From: Takakia lepidozioides
Taxonomy: Eukaryota > Plantae > Bryophyta
Direction: 5' to 3'
NCBI GenBank assembly: GCA_030704615.1
Contig: CM060731.1
Location: 76,756,001 to 76,820,000, forward strand
Length of the DNA stretch: 64,000 nt
Made by a program: the position numbers and the translations under genes. Below, in pieces: positions 52,549-64,000 of this stretch (positions are counted from its first letter, which is position 1; each line of letters begins with the position of its first letter). The notes below the pieces were generated by a model. It saw nothing but the letters and a program-made list of their open reading frames with translations, ran no database searches and was not told the origin of the DNA.

Positions 52549-52905
52549 ATGGAAGAAATAATTTTCCTAAAATCGTTGACGTGGAGTGACATAAAGCACA
52601 GACTCGTCATACCAAAGAAAAACAAGCTCTACGACATCATTCAAGCTGAATTAGCTGATGCAACTGTTGCAGCTGTAACAAAACAGCTCCAGGATGTTGA
52701 CAGTGGGCAAACATTCGAGATGAAGTTCGCGACCTATGAGTCAAATCCTGCTATGGCTGTATCTAAAGGCTGGACAGAGTACCTCAACTTCAAAAGCTTG
52801 AGTGAGAGAGACGTACTCATGATCACGGAATCCTACCGTATTAATATTATCGGACGTGAAGATGACGCAGATGAAGGGCATGATCAGAACTGGCATGCTA
52901 CATGA
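52549..52905 (+). CDS. Small intronless single-B3-domain protein (118 aa)
   Basis: IFLKSLTWSDIKHRLVIPK...LQDVDSGQTFEMKF...SKGWTEYLNFKSLSERDVL matches the B3 pattern. Confidence 0.6.
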   Translation: MEEIIFLKSLTWSDIKHRLVIPKKNKLYDIIQAELADATVAAVTKQLQDVDSGQTFEMKFATYESNPAMAVSKGWTEYLNFKSLSERDVLMITESYRINIIGREDDADEGHDQNWHAT

Positions 52906-53493
52906 TGAAGGATGATGGAAATATAGTGCACAATCACGGGGCAACTAAGCTGTTAGATAGACAGTTAGTCTTTCAGACTAGATTCAACTGTTTCACCCAG
53001 ATCTCTGCGGGAAACAGTTTGTTCCACTGAACATTGCTAACATTGACCAGTGACAATTATGGAAAGAAATGTAGACATTGCCTAGCGCCTTCAAAACTTG
53101 GAGCAAAAAATTTCTATGTGAAAAGAATTGTCCCTCTGTCTGGCTCACTTTCACATGTAGCCAACGCCTAGCCAACGCTTAGAAGAGATTCAAGAATTTC
53201 CAAGTATGTTTGTAAGCAGGTACGTCCTGTATCTCATATCTGGGACGGTTTCTTATTCCCGAATTCTAACCTAATTTTTCTTCACTTCCATTTTGCGAGC
53301 CTCAGACTCTTAGTATTGGGTGATTGCACGAGAGTATCTGCGTCAGAAAGGGAAAGAAACTCGGGAGGAAGGAGATGAAGTTCTGGGAACATGGGAACAA
53401 AAATGGGAACCTCTGCAGCACTTGCGACAACTGCTATCTGGCGGTTAGCACGAGCATCTCGCCGGCTACAGCCGGTGAGGGCTTGCGTCATAC

Positions 53494-53621
53494 CACGTGT
53501 GCGATCAGGATGGGTAGCATTTCATTTGCAATAAACACTAACTAGTAAAATATCGACACGTTATCTAACCCTAAATAACTCTTACACGTCCGAAAGGACG
53601 TATTGGATGACCGACACGTGG
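53494..53621. promoter_or_regulatory. Cluster of ABRE/G-box cores upstream of the second LEA-like gene
   Basis: CACGTG 53494, GACACGT 53555, ACACGT 53584, GACACGTGG 53613. Confidence 0.5.
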
Positions 53622-54011
53622 TTTCACAGTCTCCGAGGTCTCGCGAGTACAAAGCATGGAGCCAGCAAGCGACTAATAGAGTTCTCACTTCGACGCCATC
53701 TCTCCCACTTTCTCTCTCTGTCTCTCTCACAGCAATTGTCTGCAGTCGTGAAGATTTGTTACTCACCTCACCTTCTGTGCCTCCGGATTCTTCACTTGTG
53801 CAGCTTCGTCCTACATTCTCACAATCGCTGTGTCAGCTGCATTGCATTCACTAGTAGCATTTTGGCTTTGTCTGCCTATCTTTAGTTCCATACTCAAGTA
53901 GAATCTGTTGTCAGTACTTCACTTCCGTTTTGTCGAAGTGTACATAGCTTCAATTACGTCTGTCTCGTTGCGAGGATCAACAGGTTCCGGTTGAGAAAAC
54001 TAGCTACTTGA

Positions 54012-54814
54012 ATGGCAAGGAGTACAGCTGCTACAACAGCCAACGGGGCTGCCGCGGGCAAAGGTAGGAGGAACAATGCGGTCACCGCAGTGGCGAAGAA
54101 CAAGGCGATGAGCCCCACTGTGAAGTTTGTGGATTTGAAAGCTGCCGCTGGGGAGAAAATGGCAGTTGCTGGTGCGAAGCTCGGAGAGAAAATGGTGCAT
54201 TTGCGAGCCACTGTGCGTCTCGGCTTCTACCGCATTCGCCATCCCGTGCATCCCGTCCGCAGAGTGGCTGCCACAGAGTCTACCCGGGAGCTGAAAGCTG
54301 CTGCCACAGGTAACCGATCCTGCCACTGTCAACAGCTAAACAGCTATAGTCACTTAGTGAGCCATCGAGGCTCATAGTCTTGATATATCACAGAATTGTC
54401 TACATGAGCTCTGAAAGAAACTTGCAAAACTTCAGGCGTTGCTTGTGTTGTCAGTGAGCCTCGACATTAGCGAGGGTCAAGTAGAATCTGGAAGTGCAAC
54501 ATTGCAGGTTGGAGTAGATTTGAGACGATTTCGATCGGTGGAAATGGAACTTATAATATACAGCTAGCACTGCATTGTGTGTGGAATTGCATTTATCCAT
54601 GGTTGCTGAGCCCCTCATGGCCAGCCCGCCTTTGTTACCGACAAGATGATGGGTGGGTCCCAGTGTAAATTCTTACACATTCGCTTATTTCTAACTAGTA
54701 TTGATCATTGCAGAGAGGAGGAAAATGAAGGAGGCTCGAGCAAGAGACGGAGCCATGAGACAGCGCGCTCTGGTGCGCGAGCGTCGAGCTAAAATGCTCA
54801 GTAAATCCATGTAA
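54012..54814 (+). CDS. LEA_1-like protein paralog, 132 aa; exons 54012-54309, 54714-54814
   Basis: Clear paralog of 50599 (SPTVKF.DL.AA.G..MAVAGA..GEK...RLGFY...HP.HP.RRVAA); same intron position and the same 101-nt last exon. Confidence 0.7.
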
Positions 54815-55401
54815 AACCACTTGTTGTGAATCAGATTCTTCACTGACATCACCACCTCGTTGTATGTACGTCTTTGCTTCCAGACGTCACTGGCACGTCC
54901 TCGAAAGATCTGCCAAAGCAGGTCTTGCAGCCCATTTCGCAACTTAGATTACTAAACATGCTCATTCCTCTCGGTAGCAAGCTGAAATTCTTGTATAGGT
55001 TTTGAAGAGGTGATCAATAGGTTTATGGGTGATTGTACCCAAGCAGTCTGTCACTGGGGTGATGTATATAGTAATAATTCAGCTCTTTCCATTACTTTTA
55101 GCCGACCATTTCGACTAGACCATTTCGACTAGATGGGATCGTGAAGATCATCAACTATCAATGTACAATTTCAATGATCATGAATTACAATGATTCCACA
55201 ACCGCGCAGCTGCACTTGCATCAGCTTGCAGAACTCAAATACATCTACCTGGTCTACTTTTCTTCCTTTCAGAGTCATCCCACATAGTCTGGCAAATTTG
55301 GCGTGGGGCCCCTTTGACTTACATCTCCTCCTGCTTCCCTGCAAATTCTCCACAATCAGGACCATCTAGCTCAGTTTCACCTCACAATCAAACATACTCC
55401 C

Positions 55402-55437
<36 letters not shown>

Positions 55438-56012
55438 ACAGATGTTTTGTTTTCCTCTTGAGATGTTTGTTTACCCTAGCCTTGTGGCCTTACATACATC
55501 CTACACCCAGTTTGGACAGCGCCCAGTCTGTGCACACTTTGTAAGGTGGTCACTCCCCATATTCGCTCTAAATCAACGCTCCTTACTCGGTCTTTTCACA
55601 GCTTCCTCCACTAAGTACACCTCCAATCTTGACAACGAACCATATGCGCGTTTGATTCTCACAAGGACTATGTAGAGACTATCTGTGTATGGGTTAAAAA
55701 CGTTACACCCGAAACTTTCTCGTAAAGCAGGCCGTACATAAACGTAAGCGTACCGCATACTTCTCGTTCACTTTAGGAAACTTTAACACCGTCTACAAGA
55801 AGAGGATGGTAAGAGGATGAGCAAAAGAGTAAAATTTTCGAGGAGAAGCATAGTCCCAACCCAAGCAGCTTGCAGCACGGGATGGCAAATGCTTTCAACA
55901 CTTCGGGAATGGGTTTCTTCTTGTGGGGATTGCCGGTGTCATAGTGAAAGATTGTGCACTTGAAATGTTTGTGAGCACATGTATGAAGGTCTCCTAAGAC
56001 ACCCGCGTTGAC

Positions 56013-58640
56013 ATGATGTCTCGCTGTGAGGTTCCTGAGATCCTGTGCTGCGTACACTCTGTTTCGTCGTGCAGGACAGTGGAGTTTAATAATGTCTGGA
56101 GTCAGAGGCGGTTGTTTGAGAGAAGGGCCAAGGGTATGGGTGTTGTCACAGCCACCATCACCACTGCTTCTGGCGAAGAGATAAGCCATGGGCTAAGCAC
56201 CGGAGTGGGCACATCCAGTCGGGATGTGACCACATTCTGCAAGGAAAGACGAGTGAAAGAGGTAGTGCGTATTCTGGATCTCATGGAGCAACGGGGCACT
56301 CAGAAATATCTTGACACATGTGCTCGATTCTTGCAGAGGTGTGCGAAGACGAGATCGTTGGTAGTTGGCAAGGGGATCCATGCCCACCTTATTAGAAGTG
56401 GACTCGAGCCAGATATTCTGCTAGGAAACATTCTTATCACCATGTATTGCAAGTGCGGGAGTGTTGTGCATGCGCACAATGTCTTCAACAATATGCGCAA
56501 ACGGAATGTGATCTCATGGAATGCCATGATTGCAGGGTTGGTTCATCAAGGGGAAGATGTACAGTCGTTTGAAGTCTTTCGGCGTATGCTACAACAAGGT
56601 GTGAAGCCTGATAAGGTAACTTTCATAAGCATCCTCAAAGCATGTGCAAACCAAGCATGTCTAGAACAGGGTAAGGACCTGCATGCGGACATTCTCAAAT
56701 CTGGATTTGATTCAGATGTCCAAGTGGGGACTGCCCTTGTGAGCATGTATTGTAAATGCGGGAGTGTAGTGGATGCCCGGCAAGTCTTCAACAAAATGCC
56801 TGAGCGAGATGTGGTTTCTTGGAATGCGATGATTGCAGGTTTTGCTCAGCAAGGGCATGTAGAAGAGGCATCCGACCTCTTTCAGAGAATGCTACTAGAA
56901 TGCATCAAGCCAAACGAGATCACCTGCATGAGCATCCTCACCGCATGTGCCAGCCCCTTAGCCCTGGAACACGGCAGACAAATCCATGCCAGCATCATCA
57001 CGGCTGGATTGGACTTGGAAGTCAGGGTGGGAACTGCCCTTGCAAGCATGTATTGCAAATGTGGGAGTGTGTTGGATGCGCGGCAAGTATTCGAAAGAAT
57101 GCCTAAGCGAGATGTGGTCTCATGGACTGTGATGATGGCAGGATTGGCTGAGCATGGTTATAGTGAGGAGGCTTTGGAACTCTTTCGAGAAATGCAGAGG
57201 CGAGGTAAGAAAGCAGACAAGGTCGCTTTCGTTAGCATCCTTAACGCTTGTGCCAGCCCAGCAGCCCTGCAACAGGGCAAGTGGCTCCATGGTGCCATCA
57301 TCAAAGCAGGATTCGAGTCGGATATCCGAGTGGGGACTGCCATTGTAAGCATGTATTGCAAGTGCGGGAGTGTAGTGGATGCGCGAACAGTGTTTGACAA
57401 CATGCCTGAGAGAAATGTGGTCTCATGGACAGCTATGATTGCAGGATGTGCTTGTCATGGTCATGGCGAGGAAGCTTTGGAACTCTTTCGGGACATGCTA
57501 CAAGAAGAAGTTCAGCCAAACACAATCACTTTCATGACCATCCTCAAAGCATGTGCAAACCTAGCAGCTCTGGTAGAGGGCAAGTGGGTACATGCCCACA
57601 TTATCAAGTCTGGATCCGAGTCAGATGTCCGAGTTGGGAATGCTCTTGTTGATATGTATGCCAAGTGTGGGAGTGTAGAGGATGCGCGACAAGTGTTTGA
57701 AAAAATTCTAGAACGAGATGCAATCTCATGGAATGCCATGATTATAGGATATGCCCAGCATGGGCAGGGTAGGGAGGCCCTCCAACTCTTTGAACAAATG
57801 CAAGTGGAGGGCGTGAAACCAGACAATGTCACGTTTGTTGCTGTTCTCTCTGCATGCAGCCATGTGGGCCTAGTGGATGATGGCCTTCGGTACTTCCGTT
57901 CCATTCGGGATCATGGCATCACACCAACATATGAGCACTATGGCTGTGTTGTCGACCTACTTGGCCGTGCAGGGCACTTTGATGATGCAGAAGATTTTAT
58001 CAATAAAATGCCGTTGGAACCAGATGCTCCAGTATGGGGAGCGCTGCTGGGCGCCTGCAGAATCCATGGCAACGTGGAGGTAGCAGAACGTGCAGCAGAG
58101 TGTGTTCTCAGGTTGGAACCGGAAAATCCTGCAGTGTATGTGCTGCTTTCAAACATCTATGCTGCGGCCGGCATGTGGGATTCTGTAGGAAGGGTGAGGA
58201 AATTGATGGAAGACAGAGGTGTTAAAAAGGAGGCAGGGTGCAGCTCTATTGAGGTCAAGAACAGGGTGCATACGTTTGTCGTTGAAGATAGATCACATCC
58301 TCAAACTGAGGAGATCTACAAGGAGTTAGAGACATTAACCAGGCAAATAAAGGAGGCAGGATATGTGCCCGACACTCGCTTTGTCTTGCAGGATGTAGAT
58401 CAGCAAACAAAAGAACAGGCTATTTGCCACCACAGTGAAAAGCTGGCCATTGCTTTTGGGCTCATCAACACACCCCCTGGGACACCTATCCGCATTATCA
58501 AGAACCTGCGGATATGTGGTGATTGCCACACTACCACAAAGTTCATTTCAAAGATTGTTGGGCGAGAGATTGTTGCAAGGGATGCCAACCGTTTTCATCA
58601 CTTCAAGAATGGGATCTGTTCATGTGGGGATTATTGGTGA
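56013..58640 (+). CDS. PLS-class PPR protein with E/E+/DYW domain (organellar C-to-U editing factor)
   Basis: 875-aa intronless ORF with repeated MYCKCGSV/DVVSWNAMI motifs, AGCSSIEV box, HSEKLA, CGDCH and terminal CSCGDYW. Confidence 0.97.
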   Translation: MMSRCEVPEILCCVHSVSSCRTVEFNNVWSQRRLFERRAKGMGVVTATITTASGEEISHGLSTGVGTSSRDVTTFCKERRVKEVVRILDLMEQRGTQKYLDTCARFLQRCAKTRSLVVGKGIHAHLIRSGLEPDILLGNILITMYCKCGSVVHAHNVFNNMRKRNVISWNAMIAGLVHQGEDVQSFEVFRRMLQQGVKPDKVTFISILKACANQACLEQGKDLHADILKSGFDSDVQVGTALVSMYCKCGSVVDARQVFNKMPERDVVSWNAMIAGFAQQGHVEEASDLFQRMLLECIKPNEITCMSILTACASPLALEHGRQIHASIITAGLDLEVRVGTALASMYCKCGSVLDARQVFERMPKRDVVSWTVMMAGLAEHGYSEEALELFREMQRRGKKADKVAFVSILNACASPAALQQGKWLHGAIIKAGFESDIRVGTAIVSMYCKCGSVVDARTVFDNMPERNVVSWTAMIAGCACHGHGEEALELFRDMLQEEVQPNTITFMTILKACANLAALVEGKWVHAHIIKSGSESDVRVGNALVDMYAKCGSVEDARQVFEKILERDAISWNAMIIGYAQHGQGREALQLFEQMQVEGVKPDNVTFVAVLSACSHVGLVDDGLRYFRSIRDHGITPTYEHYGCVVDLLGRAGHFDDAEDFINKMPLEPDAPVWGALLGACRIHGNVEVAERAAECVLRLEPENPAVYVLLSNIYAAAGMWDSVGRVRKLMEDRGVKKEAGCSSIEVKNRVHTFVVEDRSHPQTEEIYKELETLTRQIKEAGYVPDTRFVLQDVDQQTKEQAICHHSEKLAIAFGLINTPPGTPIRIIKNLRICGDCHTTTKFISKIVGREIVARDANRFHHFKNGICSCGDYW

Positions 58641-59170
58641 TTATAATACTGAAGTAGGCATGGAACAGAGTATCGGGGTGTATGGTCAACTCCTTGCAAG
58701 CCCTCTTGTCCTCTTTCTCTCTTCTCTCCCAGGACCACAATTGTCATCAATCAGGACACTCTCTCTCTGTGGACTCTCCCTGCCCACTAGGTAGCCTACT
58801 AACTGGGTGATCTTGACATGGGAGTAGATAAACGTCTGTGACCAAATGCCAGCCTTGTGACCCCTTGTTTGACCTGAAGCACTTTGTCTCAGGTAAGGTA
58901 GTGTAGTGCATTTAATTTTTGGAGAGAATGCATCTCTCTTTCTTTAGGAATGCCTACATGGGCCATTCCCTGCAGCCCCTGTGAAGTGATGATCTTCTGA
59001 CTGGTAACAAGCGGACCCCTACCGCTTGGGATCAGCCCCTCCACTGAAAATGGGCAGTTGCATGCTCGGGCTTGCATGCTAAAACCTTGGGCTTGGTATG
59101 CTGTTGGTTTAAATCTCTTACCTGTTATAAATACATCTAATGCACCTATTCCCCAGGGTGATTCCTGGGC

Positions 59171-59240
59171 CATTAGATCCTTGAGCTGCGCCTTCAGCTC
59201 GACCAACTCTCTATGGCTCAACCGGTAGGGCGCCTTGGCA
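59171..59240 (-). repeat. 70-bp isolated fragment of the nested Gypsy family pol
   Basis: Aligns to 24804-24872 with about 4 substitutions and one indel ([23 protein letters not shown]). Confidence 0.85.
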
Positions 59241-60260
59241 CTGATGCCAAAACTAGAGCTTCTTGTGTAGTTTTTGGGGTGAATTCGACAGTGGACATCG
59301 TGTGCTTTAGAAAGTACTAGCGCAAGTTTATGATTTGGCTGATGCACCATCTGGAGGCTTGGTAATAGAGGTGCATTGAAGGTGTCCTGTCTAAGAATGC
59401 TACATTAACAGGTTTCAACATTGACAGGTGGATTCGCACAGCAAATTAAACTCGCTGGTTGGAGAGCTACCCTTGACATTGGTGATTCAATGAGAGGCCC
59501 AGGTATTACAGTCAAGGATGGACACTTCAAACTGACAGTTTCTGTTTCCAACTTGTTTCAAGCCCTGGAAGACGTTGACCCTGAATGGACTTTGAGCAAT
59601 GGCGAACCTTATGGTAAGCCAAGCCCAACCGTCCATGCAAGATGACCATGTCAGTCAGACCTGCCTTTGCGCACAGGGACCAATCAAGCTGTGAATGAAG
59701 GATAGGCCATGCACGATGGCATGCCAATCCTCAAGGTTTACACAGGGCATTTAAAGCCCCCACAAAGAAGCCCACCCGGTAGTGCAGAATTGTAGTATGT
59801 CAAAGAGCTTTTGAATCTAGGCAACAGACAATTCGCATGAAAAAGGCTGGCTTGCAGCAAGACAGCCTCAAGACAGCCTTTGCAAAGCCTGGTAAAAAAG
59901 GAGTGGGGTCCTTTCCACTTGATAATTGCGAATCATCAACAAGGAACTTCAGTATGAGCACAACAGTTGTCTTAGGCGGCGTGAGGGCTAAGGACCCCTT
60001 TGTGGGATGTGTCTTAGTGCCTACAGAGGGACCTGCAGTGAGGTGAGGCCCATAAAGCCTTTGAGGAAGTTAACCCTTACATACCCAAGACATGAGAGAA
60101 GACATATGGGATAGAAGACAACAGGGAAGCAAAGGAAGAAGATAGGAATAGTAATAAGTATAACATTTCATTGGAGATAAATTAGATAAAAAGATAGATT
60201 TACGAAATGAGGAGGAGTCGTCGTCGTCGCAGGGGTGGTCTGTTGTGTAGGTGGGGGAGG

Positions 60261-63152
60261 ATGGCAGCGAGCTTGGGCGCTCCTCTCGGAGCGCAGCTCA
60301 AGGCCCCGTCTTGGTGCGCTGAAGTGAGGGGAGCCCTCACTTCAGGCGCCACACCAAGAGGCCAGGCCGGGAGAAAATTATGGGCGTCCAGTATAGTTTC
60401 ATCGAAGGAAGCAGGGGTGTCGAGGGAGCCGTTGTTGCTCAGAGTGGCAAGGGGAGAAGGTCAGTGTCGATGCCTACCCTTCCACATACGCATTCCGTGA
60501 ATGCTTTCAACTGGTGGTGCCCCGTTCTACGGGTAAAAGATTCTCATTGTAGCTCTAAGAGATTACATGAAATCCTGGTTATTTAACAGAGATTCCCAGT
60601 GCATGTCTGAAGACCATGTGGTGTCCTGCTACGAATAAGGAAATTAACTACCAGAATTATTGAGGCAATTTCGATCACAATTTGTGTCTAGATATTGAGA
60701 GATTTCATGTAACAGTGGATCTTGGAGGAAATATTAGTCTCTGGTTTCTAGTTGCTGGGCGGGGGTGGGGAGGGGGGTTTCCAGTTTGTAAGCTACGCCC
60801 TGGAAAAAGCAGTTGAAGCCATTCTTATGAGCATTCTATGTCTAGGCAGAATTTTCGTGATTCCTGTCAAAGAGGGTGAATATATTCTCTTCCCCTCTTT
60901 TGCTGGCGTTGACGTCAGAAGGAATAGATTATTTATTCCGGTGTGCTAGCTCTGGCCTTGTCTCTAGAGAGAGAGAGAGAGAGAGAGAGAAAGATTCTGC
61001 TTCAGCTGCTGTTAAGTTCTTTTAGCCCTCTGTAAGTCAATGTACGGCATGGCACTGGGTGGTTTGCAGAAGCAGAGAGAACTCCCGTCTGGCTCATGCG
61101 ACAAGCTGGCCGTTACATGGCTGACTTTCGAAAGTGAGGCCCTCATGCCATATTTCTCAGTTTCGCCCTGTCTTCTGCCACTTGAATTTTCCTTTTTCCA
61201 TTCAGAGTACATGGGGCTCATAAGACATTATGTTCTTTGAATACTGTTCACAGGTTTTCTGACAAATACACATTCAGGCAAAGGTCAGAGACAGCTGACA
61301 TTGCTATTGAGCTTTCCCTACAGCCATGGCTAGCGTTCCAGATGGATGGAGTGATCATGTTCTCTGATATTCTGACTCCCTTACCAGCTCTTGGCATTGA
61401 GTTTGATATGGTGAAGGGAAAGGGTCCCTGTATACAATCACCTGTTCGGACACTCCATGATGTCAAGGCCCTCAGGTCAATCCTCCACCTGTTACTGTTA
61501 TATCATGTAAATGTGTCTTCAATATGTGGGGATAGAAAGTTTTTGAGCCTGTTTGTGGGTTTTGTAGAGTTGCTAGTTGGCTCATTCTGGAATGATGCTA
61601 GATCGAAGTTGGGAAAAGTGTTAGCTAAGAATCAGTGTTGGCTCAGCTTTGACTCACTGGAGCTGGCCACAAAAATCTTTTTATCCCTTGTGATACTGAC
61701 AACATTATCTGTGTTTACCTGCAGGACGATGGATGACCCAGACCAATCTCTGCCATTTGTAAAGCAAATACTGTCAGCACTGTGGAAGGAGGTGGATGGA
61801 AAGGCGACCCTGATAGGGTTTGTGGGTACTCCATGGACTCTGGCTGCATATGCAATGGAGGGCATGGCAGATAAGAGTCTTGTCAAGACCAAGAGTATCA
61901 TGCTGCATGGTACGTGGGGTCTGTTATCTCCCACTGGTTGGGTGATTTCCTTGATTTCCTTGATTTCCTTGAGATGGAATGTAAGCCAGTCATTAATCTA
62001 TATATGATGCATCTTGTAGATCCCTCATATATTGTGTTGATAACTCAGTCAGGAACTCATGGACTACAAATTCACAGAATAATTTTATAGTGCAGGAGGT
62101 TTGATGATGTATGGGGACTGAATGCAGAACCGGAAGTATTGCATGCATTTCTGGCCCACATAACAGATGCGCTTGTTGTCTACATCTGCCACCAGATTGA
62201 CTCAGGTGCTCAGGTATTGTAGCTATCCAGCTCTTTCTGTCCTACACCCTTGTAGTGAGAGGAGCTCTGACAAGCCTTCGGCAGGATGGACGTTTATCGA
62301 AACAAGAAGTACTCCATTGAAGTCGCTGTGGTGGTCGAGAAGCACATGAACTTAAGGTGACACTTACATTTTGTGCAGATTATCCAGCTATTTGACTCAT
62401 GGGCGCACCATCTATCACCCAAACAATTTTCTGAGTTCAGTTGGCCCTATGCGGAACAATTGATAAGCAAAATCAAAGTAGCACGCCCCTCTATTCCATT
62501 GATATTTCATGCAAATGGAGGGACAGGCAAACTACACATAATTGCCCAGCGTCTTCATCAGGACGTTGTGGTGGGCCTGGATTGGGCCACAGAGATGCAC
62601 CGAGCTAGGTCGTTGTTGGGAGACAATTCAGTTCTCCAGGTATGTTTCCACTGTTATCAAGTCTTTGTTCTCCACAATGTTTCTCTCCCTTGTCATATCT
62701 TCCAAGTGGTCTTTACATAGCTTTGGTATGCTGAGATTATCACATGGTCTGGGCAGGGTTCTATTACGCAGGAATTTTCTAGGTTTGTCACATCCATTAT
62801 AGGAGGGAACCAACACATCTGTCTTTGTGTGTGAGACTCTCTGTGGGTACAAATACTGACTAGAAAATTGATCCACCTGTTGCAAGGGCAGGGCAATGTT
62901 GATCCAATGGTCCTGTTTGGCCCCGAGCACACAATTCGGCAAGCTGTGGACCAGTGCTTGGCAGAAGCTGGTGGAAAGCGGCATATTTTGAACGTGGGCC
63001 ATGGTGTTATTCAAGGGACCCCGGAAGAGGCTGTGAAATTTTTCTGTCAGTTGGCTAGAGAGAGCACAAATACACAGAATAGCAATGATGCAACAAGCTC
63101 TATTTTTGACAGAGTAGGGTCCCCCAACGTTGCTGAGATTCTACATGTTTAA
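60261..63152 (+). CDS. HEME: Uroporphyrinogen decarboxylase, probably plastid-targeted; exons 60261-60459, 61070-61133, 61254-61475, 61725-61909, 62128-62213, 62379-62639, 62892-63152
   Basis: [68 protein letters not shown]; six phase-compatible GT-AG introns. Confidence 0.93.
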
Positions 63153-63725
63153 AGTTCACTTTTAGCTTGTCACATGTGATTGAAAATCCCCCTCATCTGG
63201 TGTGTCTTCTGAGTGCCCAAATGGTCTCATGAAACATGTGGTCGATTGAATTCTTATTCTGAGTTTGTGATAACCTCACATTGACTTTCTTTGTTAGAGT
63301 GAATTTAACACTCTGCTCTGCTGTTCATCACAGCATCAATTTGATGGGAGTGTTTACTCCAGAGTGACTTGAGCACTGTAGTATGAAGAGGTTCAGTGGC
63401 AGCCTTACGATGCATTTCAAGAGGCTTCTTGTGTGCAATACCCACTATCACGCATGAAAATGCTGCCCTCCTCTCCTCAGTATTATGCCCACCAAACGTG
63501 CACATGGGTTCCCTCTCTCCCAGCTTGGCTGACATACTCTTCAAAGGTAGCCATGCTTTTGCTTGAGCTTCACATACAGGCACATCCTCTTGAGCCAAGA
63601 TGATTCAAGTCTAGCAGACATGAGTGCCCCTTGGACAGGGAGGGTTTGAAACAGGATGGCTTGCAAGACACTCCCCAAAACTCGTGCGTGTTGAAACTAT
63701 GGTTGTTTGCATGTTTCAACCATCA

Positions 63726-64000
63726 TCACCAATAATCTCCACAAGAACACACTCCATTCCTGAAATGATGAAAGCGATTAGCATCCCTTGCAACAATCTC
63801 GCGTCCAACAATCTTTGAGATGAACTTGGTGGCAGTGTGGCAATCCCCACATATACGAAGGTTCTTGACTATACGGATAGGTGTCCCAGGGAGCGTGGTG
63901 ATGAGCCCAAAAGCAATGGCCAGCTTTTCACTGTGGTGGCAGAGAGCCTGTCCCTTTCGTGGCTGATCCACATCATGTATTACAAAGCGAGTGTCAGTTA
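63726..64000 (-). CDS. 3' end (DYW domain) of a second PPR-DYW gene running out of the window
   Basis: [12 protein letters not shown]...[13 protein letters not shown]...CGDCH...CSCGDYW*. Confidence 0.9.
   Translation of the reverse strand, partial: TDTRFVIHDVDQPRKGQALCHHSEKLAIAFGLITTLPGTPIRIVKNLRICGDCHTATKFISKIVGREIVARDANRFHHFRNGVCSCGDYW

Overview
Eukaryotic land-plant genomic DNA with GT-AG introns. The gene and TE types fit a non-seed plant such as a bryophyte, lycophyte or fern (inference). Host genes are a multi-B3 REM-type gene (1-3427, 5' partial), two tandem LEA_1-like genes, a single-B3 gene, an intronless PLS-DYW PPR gene, a 7-exon uroporphyrinogen decarboxylase, and the 3' end of a second DYW PPR gene. 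The 44 kb from 4355 to 48359 is one nested TE complex bounded by hAT termini with a perfect 8-bp TSD (TAACAGAC). The hAT carries a captured kinesin-12 5' fragment. Its transposase is split by a probably self-priming Gypsy chromovirus (TSD CAGAC). That Gypsy is interrupted by a 26.4-kb Sola-like TIR element (4-bp TSD) and by a CACTA element in its 3' LTR, and the Sola-like element itself holds a Met-tRNA-primed chromovirus. The 34.6-44.2 kb part has been broken and rejoined in scrambled order. The best candidate for an undescribed system is the giant Sola-like element. Besides its transposase it encodes a ParB-like/methyltransferase-like protein and two FCP1-like HAD phosphatase domains. It also carries at least 18 copies of a 22-bp palindrome, ACTTCG-N10-CGAAGT, placed in its introns and UTRs, which recalls sequence-specific TE anti-silencing systems. 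Domain calls were made by eye from motifs and need HMM or structure confirmation.
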